Below are positions 11,300 through 20,891 of a stretch of 64,000 nucleotides of DNA, piece by piece. The translations under genes and the position numbers were made by a program. Source of the DNA: Robiginitalea sp. (GTDB taxonomy: Bacteria > Bacteroidota > Bacteroidia > Flavobacteriales > Flavobacteriaceae); assembly GCA_024638915.1 (NCBI GenBank), contig JAHEJJ010000005.1, forward strand, positions 670 to 64,669, written 5' to 3'. The first letter of the stretch is position 1, and the number at the start of each line of letters is the position of its first letter. The notes below the pieces were generated by a model, which saw nothing but the letters and a program-made list of their open reading frames with translations, made no database searches and was not told the DNA's origin.

Positions 11300-11950
11300 T
11301 TAACGATTACGCCAGTTTATAGTGTAGTCTTCAAAAAGGATATTGATTTTTCCCTGGCGTTCATCGGCCTGAAGATTTTTCTGATCGATTTCAGCATTTT
11401 TAGCCAGAAACCTCAGAGGAACTCTGATATCGGATACTGAGAGGGTCACAACTACTTCAGATGGCAGGGCATCCACAGGAACGCCATAGAAATACTCAAC
11501 GGTGAATTCCCCATTCTTCCTTGTACTAATTTCGGATCTTACAAGCCGTAACGCTTTAGGATCGATTGCGAGGGTAGCAATCGCAAAATCGGCTTTAGGG
11601 CTTTCCGGGATCACTCTGAAGACCTCACATTCTTGTCCTCCAATAGATATTTGACCCGTTCGTAGTGCAATGTAAGGGTAGCGAAATAATTCCTGGAGAT
11701 TGAAATCCAGTCCTTTTTTCGGCACCATGATAAATGACTCGGAGTCGATCTTTATCTTCTTACCTTTTTCGAATTGTATCCTGGCTGTTTTAGAGGGCAT
11801 GTTCACATGCTCAATATCCACATTGAGATGAACCGTTGCCTCGAAGGAATAAAGAGAATCGAGTTTTGTCTGCAGGGCTGTAAGAAGGCTGTCTTGCTTT
11901 TGGGCCGTAAGACTAATACTAAACAGGATAAAAATAAAGCTCCATCTCAT
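11300..11950 (-). CDS. Secreted LolA-like / outer-membrane lipoprotein-sorting-like protein (hypothetical)
   Basis: 216 aa with an N-terminal signal peptide (MRWSFIFILFSISLTAQ) and a beta-rich sequence. Last gene of a four-gene ATGA-coupled operon. The fold assignment is by eye and weak. Confidence 0.45.
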   Translation of the reverse strand: MRWSFIFILFSISLTAQKQDSLLTALQTKLDSLYSFEATVHLNVDIEHVNMPSKTARIQFEKGKKIKIDSESFIMVPKKGLDFNLQELFRYPYIALRTGQISIGGQECEVFRVIPESPKADFAIATLAIDPKALRLVRSEISTRKNGEFTVEYFYGVPVDALPSEVVVTLSVSDIRVPLRFLAKNAEIDQKNLQADERQGKINILFEDYTINWRNR

Positions 11951-12780
11951 GGCTTGATGTCTCGTTTGATAAAAACCCTAATCCCTGTCAGTGCAAAAAT
12001 GATAGTATACCCCAACAAGACTGTATTCTTGATCCAAATGGTAGCATAGGGAATATCGTAATAGAAAAAATATTGCCAGCTATCGATGAGTTTTGGAAAA
12101 AAGTAATCATTTAAAAGTGGCCAACCAAAATCGTATTTTAAAAGCATAGTGGTTACGATAAGAAAGAAGGCGGAAACGATCCAGGTGATGGTGGCCTCGC
12201 GAAACAAGACCGCCAGGGTTAGTCCAGTAATAGCGTAAAAGAGCGCAATAATTATCCCCGAAAGGAAGGCACCGGCTAAACGTCTAAGCGCTTCTCCCGG
12301 TTCAAAAAAACTCAGTCCATCGAGAAAAATTACCAGGTCTCCACTTCCAAAAAAAACATAGGCAGCGCTGAATGTTACCAGCATCAGCACCAGTACGAGA
12401 ACAATTGAAAAAATAGCCGTAGCCAGATATTTACTGGTAATAAACTTCCACCTTGGCACGGGGTGCAACAATATAGCCTCCACGGTTCGATCTTTGTATT
12501 CTGAGGTTAAAAACCCCGACACTACGATCATCAGGATCAGGGGGATATGAAACCACAGTGAGTTCAGCACCAAATAAATAATAAGATGGGCATTGAGCAG
12601 GTTTCCCTGGAATTCAAATGAATCCTGAATATTCTTCAGCATGATATCGAGAAAACCTCTTCCCTGAAAAAAAGCGCTGATCATAATAAACGCAACCAGG
12701 ACGAGAACAGCGGCCAGACCATAGAATGTCTTACGTTGTTTGCCTATTTTAAAAAGCTCAACCGCCAGTAACTCTTTCAT
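11947..12780 (-). CDS. ABC-2 type transporter permease
   Basis: About six hydrophobic helices. The start MKELLAVELFKI at 12780 forms an ATGA overlap with the stop of the upstream ATPase. The track extension to 12843 is rejected. Confidence 0.75.
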   Translation of the reverse strand: MKELLAVELFKIGKQRKTFYGLAAVLVLVAFIMISAFFQGRGFLDIMLKNIQDSFEFQGNLLNAHLIIYLVLNSLWFHIPLILMIVVSGFLTSEYKDRTVEAILLHPVPRWKFITSKYLATAIFSIVLVLVLMLVTFSAAYVFFGSGDLVIFLDGLSFFEPGEALRRLAGAFLSGIIIALFYAITGLTLAVLFREATITWIVSAFFLIVTTMLLKYDFGWPLLNDYFFPKLIDSWQYFFYYDIPYATIWIKNTVLLGYTIIFALTGIRVFIKRDIKP

Positions 12781-13634
12781 AGCTTTTCTTTTTGCAGTAA
12801 AAGTTCCAGGCTGGTTTGAGGTATACAGGCCGAAACGGAGCACCCTTCGTCTACGACACCTTTGATGACGGCTTCAATATCCCCTACACCGGGTATTACC
12901 AGAGCATTATCCGTAGAAATTTTAGCTCCCAGATGTTGCAGCGTCTTAGATTGTATAAGTGCCTCACCATAAATGCGATAACTTTTGGAAGCCATGCGAA
13001 ACAGATCAGATGCATTGCCATGCCTAATGATCTCCCCTTTATTAATAATGTAAAGTTCATCACAGAGATCTCCTAGATCATAAAGATTGTGTGAAGCGAT
13101 CAACACGGCAATATTTTTTGTCCGGGCCAATTCCCGGATCAGTTCTTGAAAGGACCGGTTTCCAAAAGGATCGAGCCCTGAAAAAGGTTCATCAAGAATT
13201 ATACATTCGGGATCATTCATGAGCGAAACAGCCAATCCTAGGCGCTGTTTCATTCCTGTAGAATAGTATTTCACAGGATCGTGCCTCGAAGCATCGAGCC
13301 CCACCAATTCCATTAATTCACTATAGCGCTCAACTGTAAGATCCATTCTTTGCATCCGCGCGAAAATCCTTAGATTATCCCTGGCCGATAAATAGCCATA
13401 AAGAGCTGGTTTGTCAATAAAGCCGCCCAAAGGCTTTTTGCGCTTCGAATAGACCGAAACCGTACCAGAATCGGGGCGGATCAAATCGAAAATAATTCTG
13501 AAAAGTGTTGACTTCCCCGCGCCATTGGGGCCTATCAAGCCACTGACCCTGCCTTTATCGCAACTTAATGAGACCGAATTCAACACCTGCCTCGAGCCGA
13601 AGGATTTTTTTATTTCAGCAATTTGAAGGATCAT
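12777..13634 (-). CDS. ABC transporter ATP-binding protein
   Basis: 285 aa. Walker A GPNGAGKST, ABC signature YSTGMKQRL, Walker B IILDEPFSGLD. Confidence 0.9.
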   Translation of the reverse strand: MILQIAEIKKSFGSRQVLNSVSLSCDKGRVSGLIGPNGAGKSTLFRIIFDLIRPDSGTVSVYSKRKKPLGGFIDKPALYGYLSARDNLRIFARMQRMDLTVERYSELMELVGLDASRHDPVKYYSTGMKQRLGLAVSLMNDPECIILDEPFSGLDPFGNRSFQELIRELARTKNIAVLIASHNLYDLGDLCDELYIINKGEIIRHGNASDLFRMASKSYRIYGEALIQSKTLQHLGAKISTDNALVIPGVGDIEAVIKGVVDEGCSVSACIPQTSLELLLQKEKL

Positions 13635-14179
13635 GAAAGTTGCTCGAATTGAAGTCTCCTATAATCAATTTTAGATACATAATTCTTTGAGAGGAAAGTC
13701 CGTTCCCAGAATGCCTTTTTTGTCAGGAAAAAAGGATCCCGAACCATAAAATATGGAATATAGTGGTACCACTTCACCCCCTGGCTCCTAAAAAACTGTA
13801 TGATTTCTTCTTTCATACCAAGCTCTTCTGCTGCAACAATCGCGGCGGAGCGCTGACACTTTGATCCTAAATAAAGAGAGGCAATACGAAGCGAAAACCC
13901 GTGGATAAAAAACATGTCTTTAGCTCTTTTATAGTCCTGAAATCTCGACCAGCCATCCATAAGAACCAATCCTATGTGTACAAAGGAGAAAGCAAAACAA
14001 TAAGCCCAGAAAACGCTTGGAAATAAAGCTGCGGTCTCCAGTGACCTTATCAACAGATACCAATAGAAATATGACTCAAGTATAAAAAGCAGCAAAGACC
14101 AATGTAACAGCTTTCCTACTTTTAAATAGGAGACATACAGAGGTGGTTGCTCGGGCAGATAGAGGTTTTTCACACGCAA
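13631..14179 (-). CDS. Hypothetical integral membrane protein, first gene of the ABC operon
   Basis: 182 aa with three or four hydrophobic segments. Its stop overlaps the ATPase start (ATGA). The start is non-ATG (TTG at 14179 or GTG at 14173). I recognised no family. Confidence 0.5.
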   Translation of the reverse strand: MRVKNLYLPEQPPLYVSYLKVGKLLHWSLLLFILESYFYWYLLIRSLETAALFPSVFWAYCFAFSFVHIGLVLMDGWSRFQDYKRAKDMFFIHGFSLRIASLYLGSKCQRSAAIVAAEELGMKEEIIQFFRSQGVKWYHYIPYFMVRDPFFLTKKAFWERTFLSKNYVSKIDYRRLQFEQLS

Positions 14180-14321
14180 ATATAAGAAGAATAGCCTCTT
14201 GACAATTCATTTTTGTCATTGGTCATATCTACAAACGATGGTTTCGATTATTAATTACGGCCTCATCATATTTCTATCGCTTTTTTTTTATCTTCCACAC
14301 ATAAACTATAAAAACACAACT

Positions 14322-14954
14322 ATGTCAGGATTATTAGACTTACTAAACAGCCCTGCCGGCCAGCAAGTGATCAGCGGAGTGGCCAGCCAAACGGGTGAAT
14401 CGGAAAACAAGACGGCCGATGTACTCAGTATGGCCATGCCCTTACTACTGGGAGCGATGAAAAAAAATGCATCCTCTCCCGGAGGAGCAGAAGGACTGAT
14501 GAGCGCACTTTCTTCAAAGCATAGTGGAGGAATACTGGACAATCTAGGCGGACTTTTCGGCGGCGGAGTAGATGACTCGGTGATGGAAGATGGAGCAGGA
14601 ATATTAGGACATGTCTTTGGCAACAAACAAAGCAATGTGGAAATGGCACTGAGTCAGAAATCAGGAGTCGACTCAAGTTCAATTAGCAAAATTCTGAAAA
14701 TAGCGGCACCTATCGTAATGGGCTATCTAGGGCGTCAAAAAGCACAAAATAATATAAATGATGCTTCCGGAATGAACAGCTTGCTCGGAGGCCTGCTAGG
14801 TGGACAACCAGCCCAAAACCAAAGTCTTATTACCACGCTTCTCGATGCAGACGGTGACGGCAGCATACTCGACGATGTAGCAGGCATGGTCATGAACAGC
14901 GGCAAAAAGAAAGGCGGATTAGGTGGTTTGTTAGGAGGACTATTTAAAAAATAG
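14322..14954 (+). CDS. DUF937-like Gly-rich protein
   Basis: MSGLLDLLNSPAGQQVISG start, GGLLGG repeats and a DADGDGSILDDVAGM segment typical of DUF937. The track ORF begins at 14199, but the conserved N-terminus starts at the ATG at 14322. Confidence 0.6.
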   Translation: MSGLLDLLNSPAGQQVISGVASQTGESENKTADVLSMAMPLLLGAMKKNASSPGGAEGLMSALSSKHSGGILDNLGGLFGGGVDDSVMEDGAGILGHVFGNKQSNVEMALSQKSGVDSSSISKILKIAAPIVMGYLGRQKAQNNINDASGMNSLLGGLLGGQPAQNQSLITTLLDADGDGSILDDVAGMVMNSGKKKGGLGGLLGGLFKK

Positions 14955-14990
14955 GACGATCTGTCAAATAGCTTAACACTATTTAACACA

Positions 14991-15018
14991 ACCGTCTGCT
15001 ACAACAGGCGGTTTTTTT
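14991..15018 (+). terminator. Rho-independent terminator
   Basis: Stem accgtctg / caggcggt (8 bp, one G-U pair), 6-nt loop, followed by a T run of 7. Confidence 0.7.
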
Positions 15019-15044
15019 GTATCTTTTAAGTAAAAGCCATTATT

Positions 15045-15500
15045 ATGAAATATTTCGTTCGCACTCTTTTCACATTGTCGATAGTATCGTTGGTTTTCAT
15101 ATCCTGCAGTAGTTCCAAGAAACAGGTCGATCTCAGCGCGGAGGAAAAACAGGTTTTTGAGAGTACCGATCAGGATACGGTTAAGATCGCTGATGCTGAA
15201 AGCGAATATGAAATACTGATCATAGAGCCTGGCTTTAACAATTGGCTAAACAGCATTGCACGTCAGAAAGGTTATTATTCACAACATTTTCTCGAAAACC
15301 GGAATGAACTTTTTGTACTCGAATGGAACCGACGGGTTTTATTGCCTACCCGGTATGATCCGCAGCTTTATCTGTGGCAGATTGACTATGACCGGACCAT
15401 TGATTATGGTTATGATGTAAATTTTAAACTCTACAATTATTTCATTTACATACAAAGGAAGTATAAGCAGCGTTTAGGGCCCTATCTGCCTAGAATATAA
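15045..15500 (+). CDS. Hypothetical lipoprotein
   Basis: 151 aa. Signal peptide with lipobox (LVFISCSSS). Confidence 0.6.
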   Translation: MKYFVRTLFTLSIVSLVFISCSSSKKQVDLSAEEKQVFESTDQDTVKIADAESEYEILIIEPGFNNWLNSIARQKGYYSQHFLENRNELFVLEWNRRVLLPTRYDPQLYLWQIDYDRTIDYGYDVNFKLYNYFIYIQRKYKQRLGPYLPRI

Positions 15501-15504
15501 ATCC

Positions 15505-15512
15505 TATATTTG
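15505..15512 (+). promoter_or_regulatory. Candidate -7 promoter element (TATATTTG)
   Basis: Perfect TAnnTTTG match ending 19 nt upstream of the ATG at 15532. Confidence 0.4.
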
Positions 15513-15531
15513 CTGCCGAAATATCTAATAC

Positions 15532-15858
15532 ATGGATAGATTGAAGCAGCGCTGGGGAATTGATTCCAATTTTCAGCTCATTATAATTTTCATCGTTTTT
15601 TCCATAACAGGGTCGGCCTCAGTTTATGTAGCCAAGCCATTTTTGGTATGGATCGGGTTGAATAAAACCAGTTTTCCTGAGGTATGGTGGGGCGATTGGC
15701 TGTACTGGCTGCTTAGGATTCTATTGATCTTCCCGATATACCAGGTACTACTTGTAGTCTTTGGTTGGCTTTTCGGTCAGTTTAGGTTTTTTTGGAATTT
15801 CGAAAAAAAGATGCTCAATCGAATGGGCTTAGGTTTTCTTTGGAAAGATAAGGCCTAA
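15532..15858 (+). CDS. Hypothetical small membrane protein
   Basis: 108 aa with two or three hydrophobic helices and its own -7 box. Confidence 0.55.
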   Translation: MDRLKQRWGIDSNFQLIIIFIVFSITGSASVYVAKPFLVWIGLNKTSFPEVWWGDWLYWLLRILLIFPIYQVLLVVFGWLFGQFRFFWNFEKKMLNRMGLGFLWKDKA

Positions 15859-15860
15859 AA

Positions 15861-16157
15861 TTATTCCTTTAGCTCTTTGAGCGACCCGGTTTCCTCTCTT
15901 TTAAATATGAAGGTATAGATCCACATCAGGGTAAACGAAGGGAACCAATCCAATCCCGGCACTAATTCTTCGATAAAGGCAACCACTCCCGCTATCTGAC
16001 CAATCCTGCCCTTATACATGCGGGTCATCAACCAGCCTGCCACCGGCGCCCAGATCAGGTCGAAGAACTCACCGATTCCTGGCAGGAGAAAAGAAGACAT
16101 TCCAATGGCGTCGAAAAAGAGGCCGAGCATTAGATATTTAATTTTCTTTTCCTTCAT
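15861..16157 (-). CDS. Hypothetical small membrane protein
   Basis: 98 aa with hydrophobic helices (LMLGLFFDAIGMSSFLLPGIGEFFDLIWAPVAGW). Confidence 0.5.
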   Translation of the reverse strand: MKEKKIKYLMLGLFFDAIGMSSFLLPGIGEFFDLIWAPVAGWLMTRMYKGRIGQIAGVVAFIEELVPGLDWFPSFTLMWIYTFIFKREETGSLKELKE

Positions 16158-16187
16158 ATATTTTTGAATCGGGCCATGTACCGCAAG

Positions 16188-16787
16188 TCAGTGTAAATTA
16201 GAACTGATCAGTTTTAGGAATTCGTTACGGGTTTCAATGGTTTCGAACTGACCTCTGAATCCCGACGTCGTAGTAACTGAATTCTGCTTTTGTACTCCGC
16301 GCATCATCATACAGAGGTGTGCTGCCTCGATTACTACCGCCACACCTTTAGGTCGGATCGTATTGTTTATGCACTCAAGGATATCCTGCGTAAGGCGTTC
16401 CTGGACTTGTAGGCGGCGTGCGAAAACATCTACAATTCTGGGAATCTTGCTCAACCCGACGATATATTTATCCGGGATATACGCTACATGAGCTTTGCCA
16501 TAAAAAGGTAAAAGGTGATGCTCACAAAGCGAATACACTTCGATGTCCTTGATGAGTACCATTTCATCATAATTTTCTGCGAACATGGCACTTTTTAAGA
16601 TCTCCACAGCATTTTGTTTATATCCCTGGGTGAGGAACAACATTGCTTTCGCCGCTCTTTCGGGCGTTTTGACCAGACCTTCCCGGTCCAGGTCTTCGCC
16701 AATCTCATCGATGATTTTAGAATACCTTTCCTTTACTTCGTTAGTGATATTAATATTGTATTCTTCCAGATTCTGATAGGGAGCCAT
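16188..16787 (-). CDS. folE: GTP cyclohydrolase I
   Basis: 199 aa. Motifs [10 protein letters not shown] and HLCMMMRGV (Zn/catalytic Cys-His region). Confidence 0.92.
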   Translation of the reverse strand: MAPYQNLEEYNINITNEVKERYSKIIDEIGEDLDREGLVKTPERAAKAMLFLTQGYKQNAVEILKSAMFAENYDEMVLIKDIEVYSLCEHHLLPFYGKAHVAYIPDKYIVGLSKIPRIVDVFARRLQVQERLTQDILECINNTIRPKGVAVVIEAAHLCMMMRGVQKQNSVTTTSGFRGQFETIETRNEFLKLISSNLH

Positions 16788-16956
16788 AATGTATTTTATA
16801 TAAAACGGTTTAAAGATAATGTATTCACTCTACAATCCACTTATTCGGGCTAAGTTCAATCTTAATCCTAAAACCTCAATCTGGCCAGATATCCTAAGGG
16901 AAGTATTTTGCAGAATAAGGGGGTATTGATTACTTTCACAGCCTAATCGAGGGGTG

Positions 16957-17628
16957 ATGATCAAAGCGACGAATATCGAAAAATCATTTGGGAATCTCAA
17001 GGTATTAAAAGGGGTTGACCTTTATATCGAAAAGGGTGAAATCGTGTCGATAGTTGGTGCCTCTGGTGCTGGAAAAACCACTTTGCTGCAAATCCTGGGT
17101 ACACTTGATACGCCTTCGAATAAAAAGAAAAGCAACCTGGAGATCAATGGGATCGACGTTACAACATTGTCAGATAAATCCATGGCCCGTTTTCGAAATA
17201 GAGAAGTTGGTTTTATCTTCCAATTCCATCAGTTACTCCCGGAGTTTTCGGCCATTGAAAACGTATGTATTCCTGCCTTTATTAAAAAAACGGCGGCGCA
17301 AGAAGCAGAAACCCGTGCATTGGAACTGCTCGATTTTTTGGGCTTGAAAGACCGGCAACATCATCGGCCTAATGAATTGTCGGGTGGGGAACAGCAACGG
17401 GTAGCGGTAGCCAGGGCGCTGATCAACAATCCCTCGATCGTGCTCGCCGATGAACCAAGCGGTAATCTCGATTCCGAAAGTGCCGACAATTTGCACAAGC
17501 TCTTCTTTCAACTAAGGGACGAATTTGGCCAGACCTTTGTTATCGTTACTCACAACGAGGAGTTAGCCGATATGGCCGACAGGAAACTCATCATGATAGA
17601 CGGCCAGATTGTAGATGGAAACCTATAA
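16957..17628 (+). CDS. ABC transporter ATP-binding protein (LolD/MacB/FtsE-like subfamily)
   Basis: Walker [10 protein letters not shown], signature [15 protein letters not shown], Walker [12 protein letters not shown]. The ATG at 16957 is preferred to the GTG at 16954. Confidence 0.85.
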   Translation: MIKATNIEKSFGNLKVLKGVDLYIEKGEIVSIVGASGAGKTTLLQILGTLDTPSNKKKSNLEINGIDVTTLSDKSMARFRNREVGFIFQFHQLLPEFSAIENVCIPAFIKKTAAQEAETRALELLDFLGLKDRQHHRPNELSGGEQQRVAVARALINNPSIVLADEPSGNLDSESADNLHKLFFQLRDEFGQTFVIVTHNEELADMADRKLIMIDGQIVDGNL

Positions 17629-18178
17629 GGATTTACTCCAATTCATCAAAAAACCAGTATACGACAATAGTGATGGTTGGGATCTGCAAGCCAGAATTTC
17701 AATTTTAGCAAAGTTGTTGGCTTTGTCGCTTATTCTCAGCTTTACCATAGGAGTGACACTGGCGATACTGGAAACCATTACCGATCTGGAATTGGGAGAA
17801 CATGCTATAGATCAGCTATTTAATGATTACAGTCCTGTTTTTATACTTCTAGTTGTGGCCGTGCTGGCGCCGGTAATCGAGGAATTGATATTCCGGGGGC
17901 CGTTGTACTTATTCAGGGATAGTCGGTATTTCGGCATCATATTCTATCTGTTCACTTTGGTTTTCGGGTTTTATCATATCACGAATTTCGAAATCAGTCT
18001 GAATGTAATTTACTTCGCACCACTTCTGGTTTCCCCCCAGTTGTGCATTGGTTTAATACTGGGCTATGTTCGGGTTAAGCTAGGCCTTATCTGGGCAATA
18101 GTCTTGCATTCGATGTATAATCTGTTATTGACAGGTCCAATTATTTTGGCTCAAGTTCTTGAAATCCCACTACAATGA
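17615..18178 (+). CDS. CPBP (CAAX) family intramembrane metalloprotease
   Basis: 187 aa. The EELIFRG motif, the downstream FxxxH (FGFYHI) and the HSMYN motif are typical of Abi/CPBP proteins. Overlaps the upstream ATPase by 14 nt. Confidence 0.75.
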   Translation: METYKDLLQFIKKPVYDNSDGWDLQARISILAKLLALSLILSFTIGVTLAILETITDLELGEHAIDQLFNDYSPVFILLVVAVLAPVIEELIFRGPLYLFRDSRYFGIIFYLFTLVFGFYHITNFEISLNVIYFAPLLVSPQLCIGLILGYVRVKLGLIWAIVLHSMYNLLLTGPIILAQVLEIPLQ

Positions 18179-18939
18179 ATTACAAAGAATTAAAGGACTT
18201 TTTAGAGCTAAAAGTTGAGCAGTACCATCAACCTGAATTTTTAATGGACGATCCGATTTGCATACCTCATCATTTCGATAAAAAAGAAGACATCGAGATC
18301 AGCGGGTTCCTTACTGCTACTATTGCATGGGGAAATAGAAAAAGTATAATCAAAAGCGCTACCCGTTTAATGGAGCTTATGGAATGGGAACCTTATAGTT
18401 TTATCATGGAATACCAACCTGATAAAGCCGAGACCTTGTCGGGCTTTGTCCATCGCACTTTTAATGGCGAAGACTTGTCGTACTTTATCAGAGCCTTGAA
18501 ACACCTTTACACAACTTATGGCGGACTCGAACCTATCTTCGCCCGCTATGCAACCCTTAACAATCTTCAATGGGCTATAACAGCCTTTAAGCAGGATTTT
18601 TTTGAGCTGGATCATCCCCCGAGGAGCACCAAGCATATTTCAGATCCAGAAAAAGGTTCGGCAGCAAAACGTATTAACATGTTCCTCAGGTGGATGATCA
18701 GAGACAACACCAGGGGTGTCGATTTTGGTTTATGGAAAGGTGTTAAACCATCTCAACTCTCGTGTCCTTTGGATGTTCATTCGGGAAGAGTGGCGAGAAA
18801 ATTAGGCCTTTTAACACGTAAACAGAACGATGCCAAAGCGGTAGCCGAATTAGATATGAATTTGCGGAAACTAGATCCAGAAGATCCGGTGAAATTCGAT
18901 TTTGCATTATTTGGCCTTGGTGTATTCGAAAAATTCTGA
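18175..18939 (+). CDS. TIGR02757 (DUF2400) family protein
   Basis: 254 aa. Recognised by the N-terminal DPICIPHHF...DIEISGFLTATIAWGNRKSII pattern. ATGA overlap with the CPBP gene. Confidence 0.65.
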   Translation: MNYKELKDFLELKVEQYHQPEFLMDDPICIPHHFDKKEDIEISGFLTATIAWGNRKSIIKSATRLMELMEWEPYSFIMEYQPDKAETLSGFVHRTFNGEDLSYFIRALKHLYTTYGGLEPIFARYATLNNLQWAITAFKQDFFELDHPPRSTKHISDPEKGSAAKRINMFLRWMIRDNTRGVDFGLWKGVKPSQLSCPLDVHSGRVARKLGLLTRKQNDAKAVAELDMNLRKLDPEDPVKFDFALFGLGVFEKF

Positions 18940-18984
18940 ATTAATCTATAATATACTTCTGATAAAATTCTGTTTTCACCAAAT

Positions 18985-19095
18985 AAGCAATTATTATTCC
19001 TTAAGATTTCGAGAAAATAATAATATTTCATACTAAAAATAATAATATTCGAATTATTTTGATTTATTATTTACATTTTTAATAATAATTTTCTT
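18985..19095. repeat. Very AT-rich tract with phased AATAATAAT repeats
   Basis: AAAATAATAATATT occurs at 19014-19027 and again at 19036-19049, a 22-nt period. AATAATAAT recurs at 19081-19089, and an inverted copy AATTATTATT lies at 18989-18998. Confidence 0.6.
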
Positions 19096-19200
19096 AAAAT
19101 AATTAAGTAATTAATATTATTTTTGTAATTTAATTCTGTCTTTACTTTCAAACAACCTTTTACCGGCTAATAACACAGATCGTCTTAAATACGAGGACGG

Positions 19201-19599
19201 ATGTATACACGTTATTCCTTGCAGAAAAGAAAGGAATTTCTGGAGATGAATATTTCCGGAGACTATCAGTATTGGGACCTGGTGAAGTATCCAAAAATCA
19301 TTCGTAATCAGTGCCTGAAAGCGGGAGTCTTTAAAATCCTGGTAGATTTAAAACAACTGGAAATTACGCGGATGCCCATCGTAGAACAGTTCTTTATAGG
19401 AGAACATATAGCCGAAGTACTCAAAGACCATATTAAAATCGCCATCGTTTGGAATGGTTTATATCACAGCAGGTTCTTCCAATCGGTTGCTACCAACAGG
19501 GCTGCTCTTTTACGGGTATTCAGGTCTGAAAAAAATGCTGAGATCTGGTTGTTGAGGGATAAAGAAAATGAGCCGATGTTCTATAATTCGAATCACTGA
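19201..19599 (+). CDS. Hypothetical protein (orphan; weak resemblance to a STAS/SpoIIAA-like fold)
   Basis: 132-aa ORF following the AT-rich tract, with no motif I can name with confidence. An alternative start is at 19246 (MNISGDY). Confidence 0.45.
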   Translation: MYTRYSLQKRKEFLEMNISGDYQYWDLVKYPKIIRNQCLKAGVFKILVDLKQLEITRMPIVEQFFIGEHIAEVLKDHIKIAIVWNGLYHSRFFQSVATNRAALLRVFRSEKNAEIWLLRDKENEPMFYNSNH

Positions 19600-19609
19600 T
19601 CCGTATGAT

Positions 19610-20749
19610 TCAATCACCTGCAAGTCCTAATTGGCCTAAGTCGAGCGCAATTTTCTTCCCTCCCATTTCTATCGACTGGTAGATCGCCTCTACAATGATT
19701 ATATCTCTTTTTCCCATTTCACCGGGTGCCCTGTTTGTCTTATCCTCGAGTATGTGCAGGGCGAAGTCGTCCATCTGCAGTTTTTGCTGTCTTTCATGTG
19801 GAAAATCTAAAATACCTGCAGACGTTTTTCCCTTCAAAGGACCATAACTTGAAGCGGGGGCTAATTCGAACCAACCATCGGTACAACTCGCCTTCAGGTT
19901 ATTGGCCCATATATTGTGAGAGGTCATAATATTAGCCATCGCACCTCCTTCAAATTCAAATTGAGCGGTAATGGTCTCATCGGTATCCTTAAAATATTCA
20001 GGGCGCGTGCTGAATTCCTGGGCAGATACGGAAACAGGATTCTGTCCGGTACAATAAACCGCGCTTTGAATAGCATATACGCCCATATTCATCAGGGCCC
20101 CTCCACCCGATAGCGATTTATCGAGCCGCCATTGCCCTGGCGAACCTGTTGACCTGTAGGCCGCCTCAGCAGTAACATATAATGTCTTGCCAAAGGTCAT
20201 CTCTCTAACATACTGCTTAATTCTACGGGTATAGGGCTCAGAGTGAAGCCGGTATCCTACCCCCAGTCGGACCCCCGCTTGCTGGCAGGCATTAATTATA
20301 GCATCGCACTCCTCTACGCTGGTGGCCATCGGTTTTTCACAGATGACATGTTTGCCCGCCCTTGCGGCGCGAATAGAAAATTCAGCGTGCATAGAATTGG
20401 GTAATACCACATAAACTATATCGACCTCACTATTGTTGGCAATTTCATCGAAATTCTGATAGTTAAAGATGTCCTTCTCAGTCAGGCCGTATTGAGTCGC
20501 CCATCTCTTTTCCTTGGCTGGTGTCCCGGTGACAATACCTGCAAGATGGCAATATTCTGTTTGTTGCAAGGCAGGTGCCAGCTGGTAAGTGCTATAACTC
20601 CCCAATCCGACCAAGGCAATACCCAACGACTTTTTCTGGACTTTTTTACCCTCCATGGCACAGGCCCATGGCATGGCTGAAGCAAGGGCAACACCTGTCA
20701 TCCCGGTTGACAATCGATTGGCAAAGGATCTTCTTGAAATTTTTTCCAT
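19610..20749 (-). CDS. Gfo/Idh/MocA-family oxidoreductase with twin-arginine (Tat) signal
   Basis: The start MEKISRRSFANRL...AMPWACA is a Tat signal. The Rossmann segment GIALVGLGSYS and the EKP motif (VICEKPMA) are present. The track extension to 20815 is rejected. Confidence 0.8.
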   Translation of the reverse strand: MEKISRRSFANRLSTGMTGVALASAMPWACAMEGKKVQKKSLGIALVGLGSYSTYQLAPALQQTEYCHLAGIVTGTPAKEKRWATQYGLTEKDIFNYQNFDEIANNSEVDIVYVVLPNSMHAEFSIRAARAGKHVICEKPMATSVEECDAIINACQQAGVRLGVGYRLHSEPYTRRIKQYVREMTFGKTLYVTAEAAYRSTGSPGQWRLDKSLSGGGALMNMGVYAIQSAVYCTGQNPVSVSAQEFSTRPEYFKDTDETITAQFEFEGGAMANIMTSHNIWANNLKASCTDGWFELAPASSYGPLKGKTSAGILDFPHERQQKLQMDDFALHILEDKTNRAPGEMGKRDIIIVEAIYQSIEMGGKKIALDLGQLGLAGD

Positions 20750-20891
20750 ATCTCTAAACAAAATCAAACATATCTTTAAAGATAATAAACATTCACCTCC
20801 CCACTTCTTCCACAACCTTTCGTGCCTGTGATAATTTAAGATTAGATTGATTTACAGAAATTCCTATTTTTAGCTTTCAAAGTAAAATCCT

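Noticed and set aside
12781-12843. Track N-terminal extensions of several ORFs (12843, 20815, 45676, 59775, 38591, 9196, 33739)
   Set aside because: In each case an internal ATG gives a better start. It yields the canonical family N-terminus, a signal peptide at the true N-terminus, or an ATGA-type overlap with the upstream gene. Several of the extensions begin at TTG or GTG codons or overlap a -7 box.
14199-14321. N-terminal extension of the DUF937-like ORF, including a hydrophobic stretch from the ATG at 14238
   Set aside because: The family N-terminus (MSGLLDLL) begins at 14322. The upstream in-frame sequence is T-rich promoter-like DNA. The alternative is kept as a low-probability option.
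18777-19031. 84-aa minus-strand ORF running into the AT-rich tract
   Set aside because: It overlaps the 3-prime end of the TIGR02757 gene and has a low-complexity AT-driven composition, so it is unlikely to be coding.
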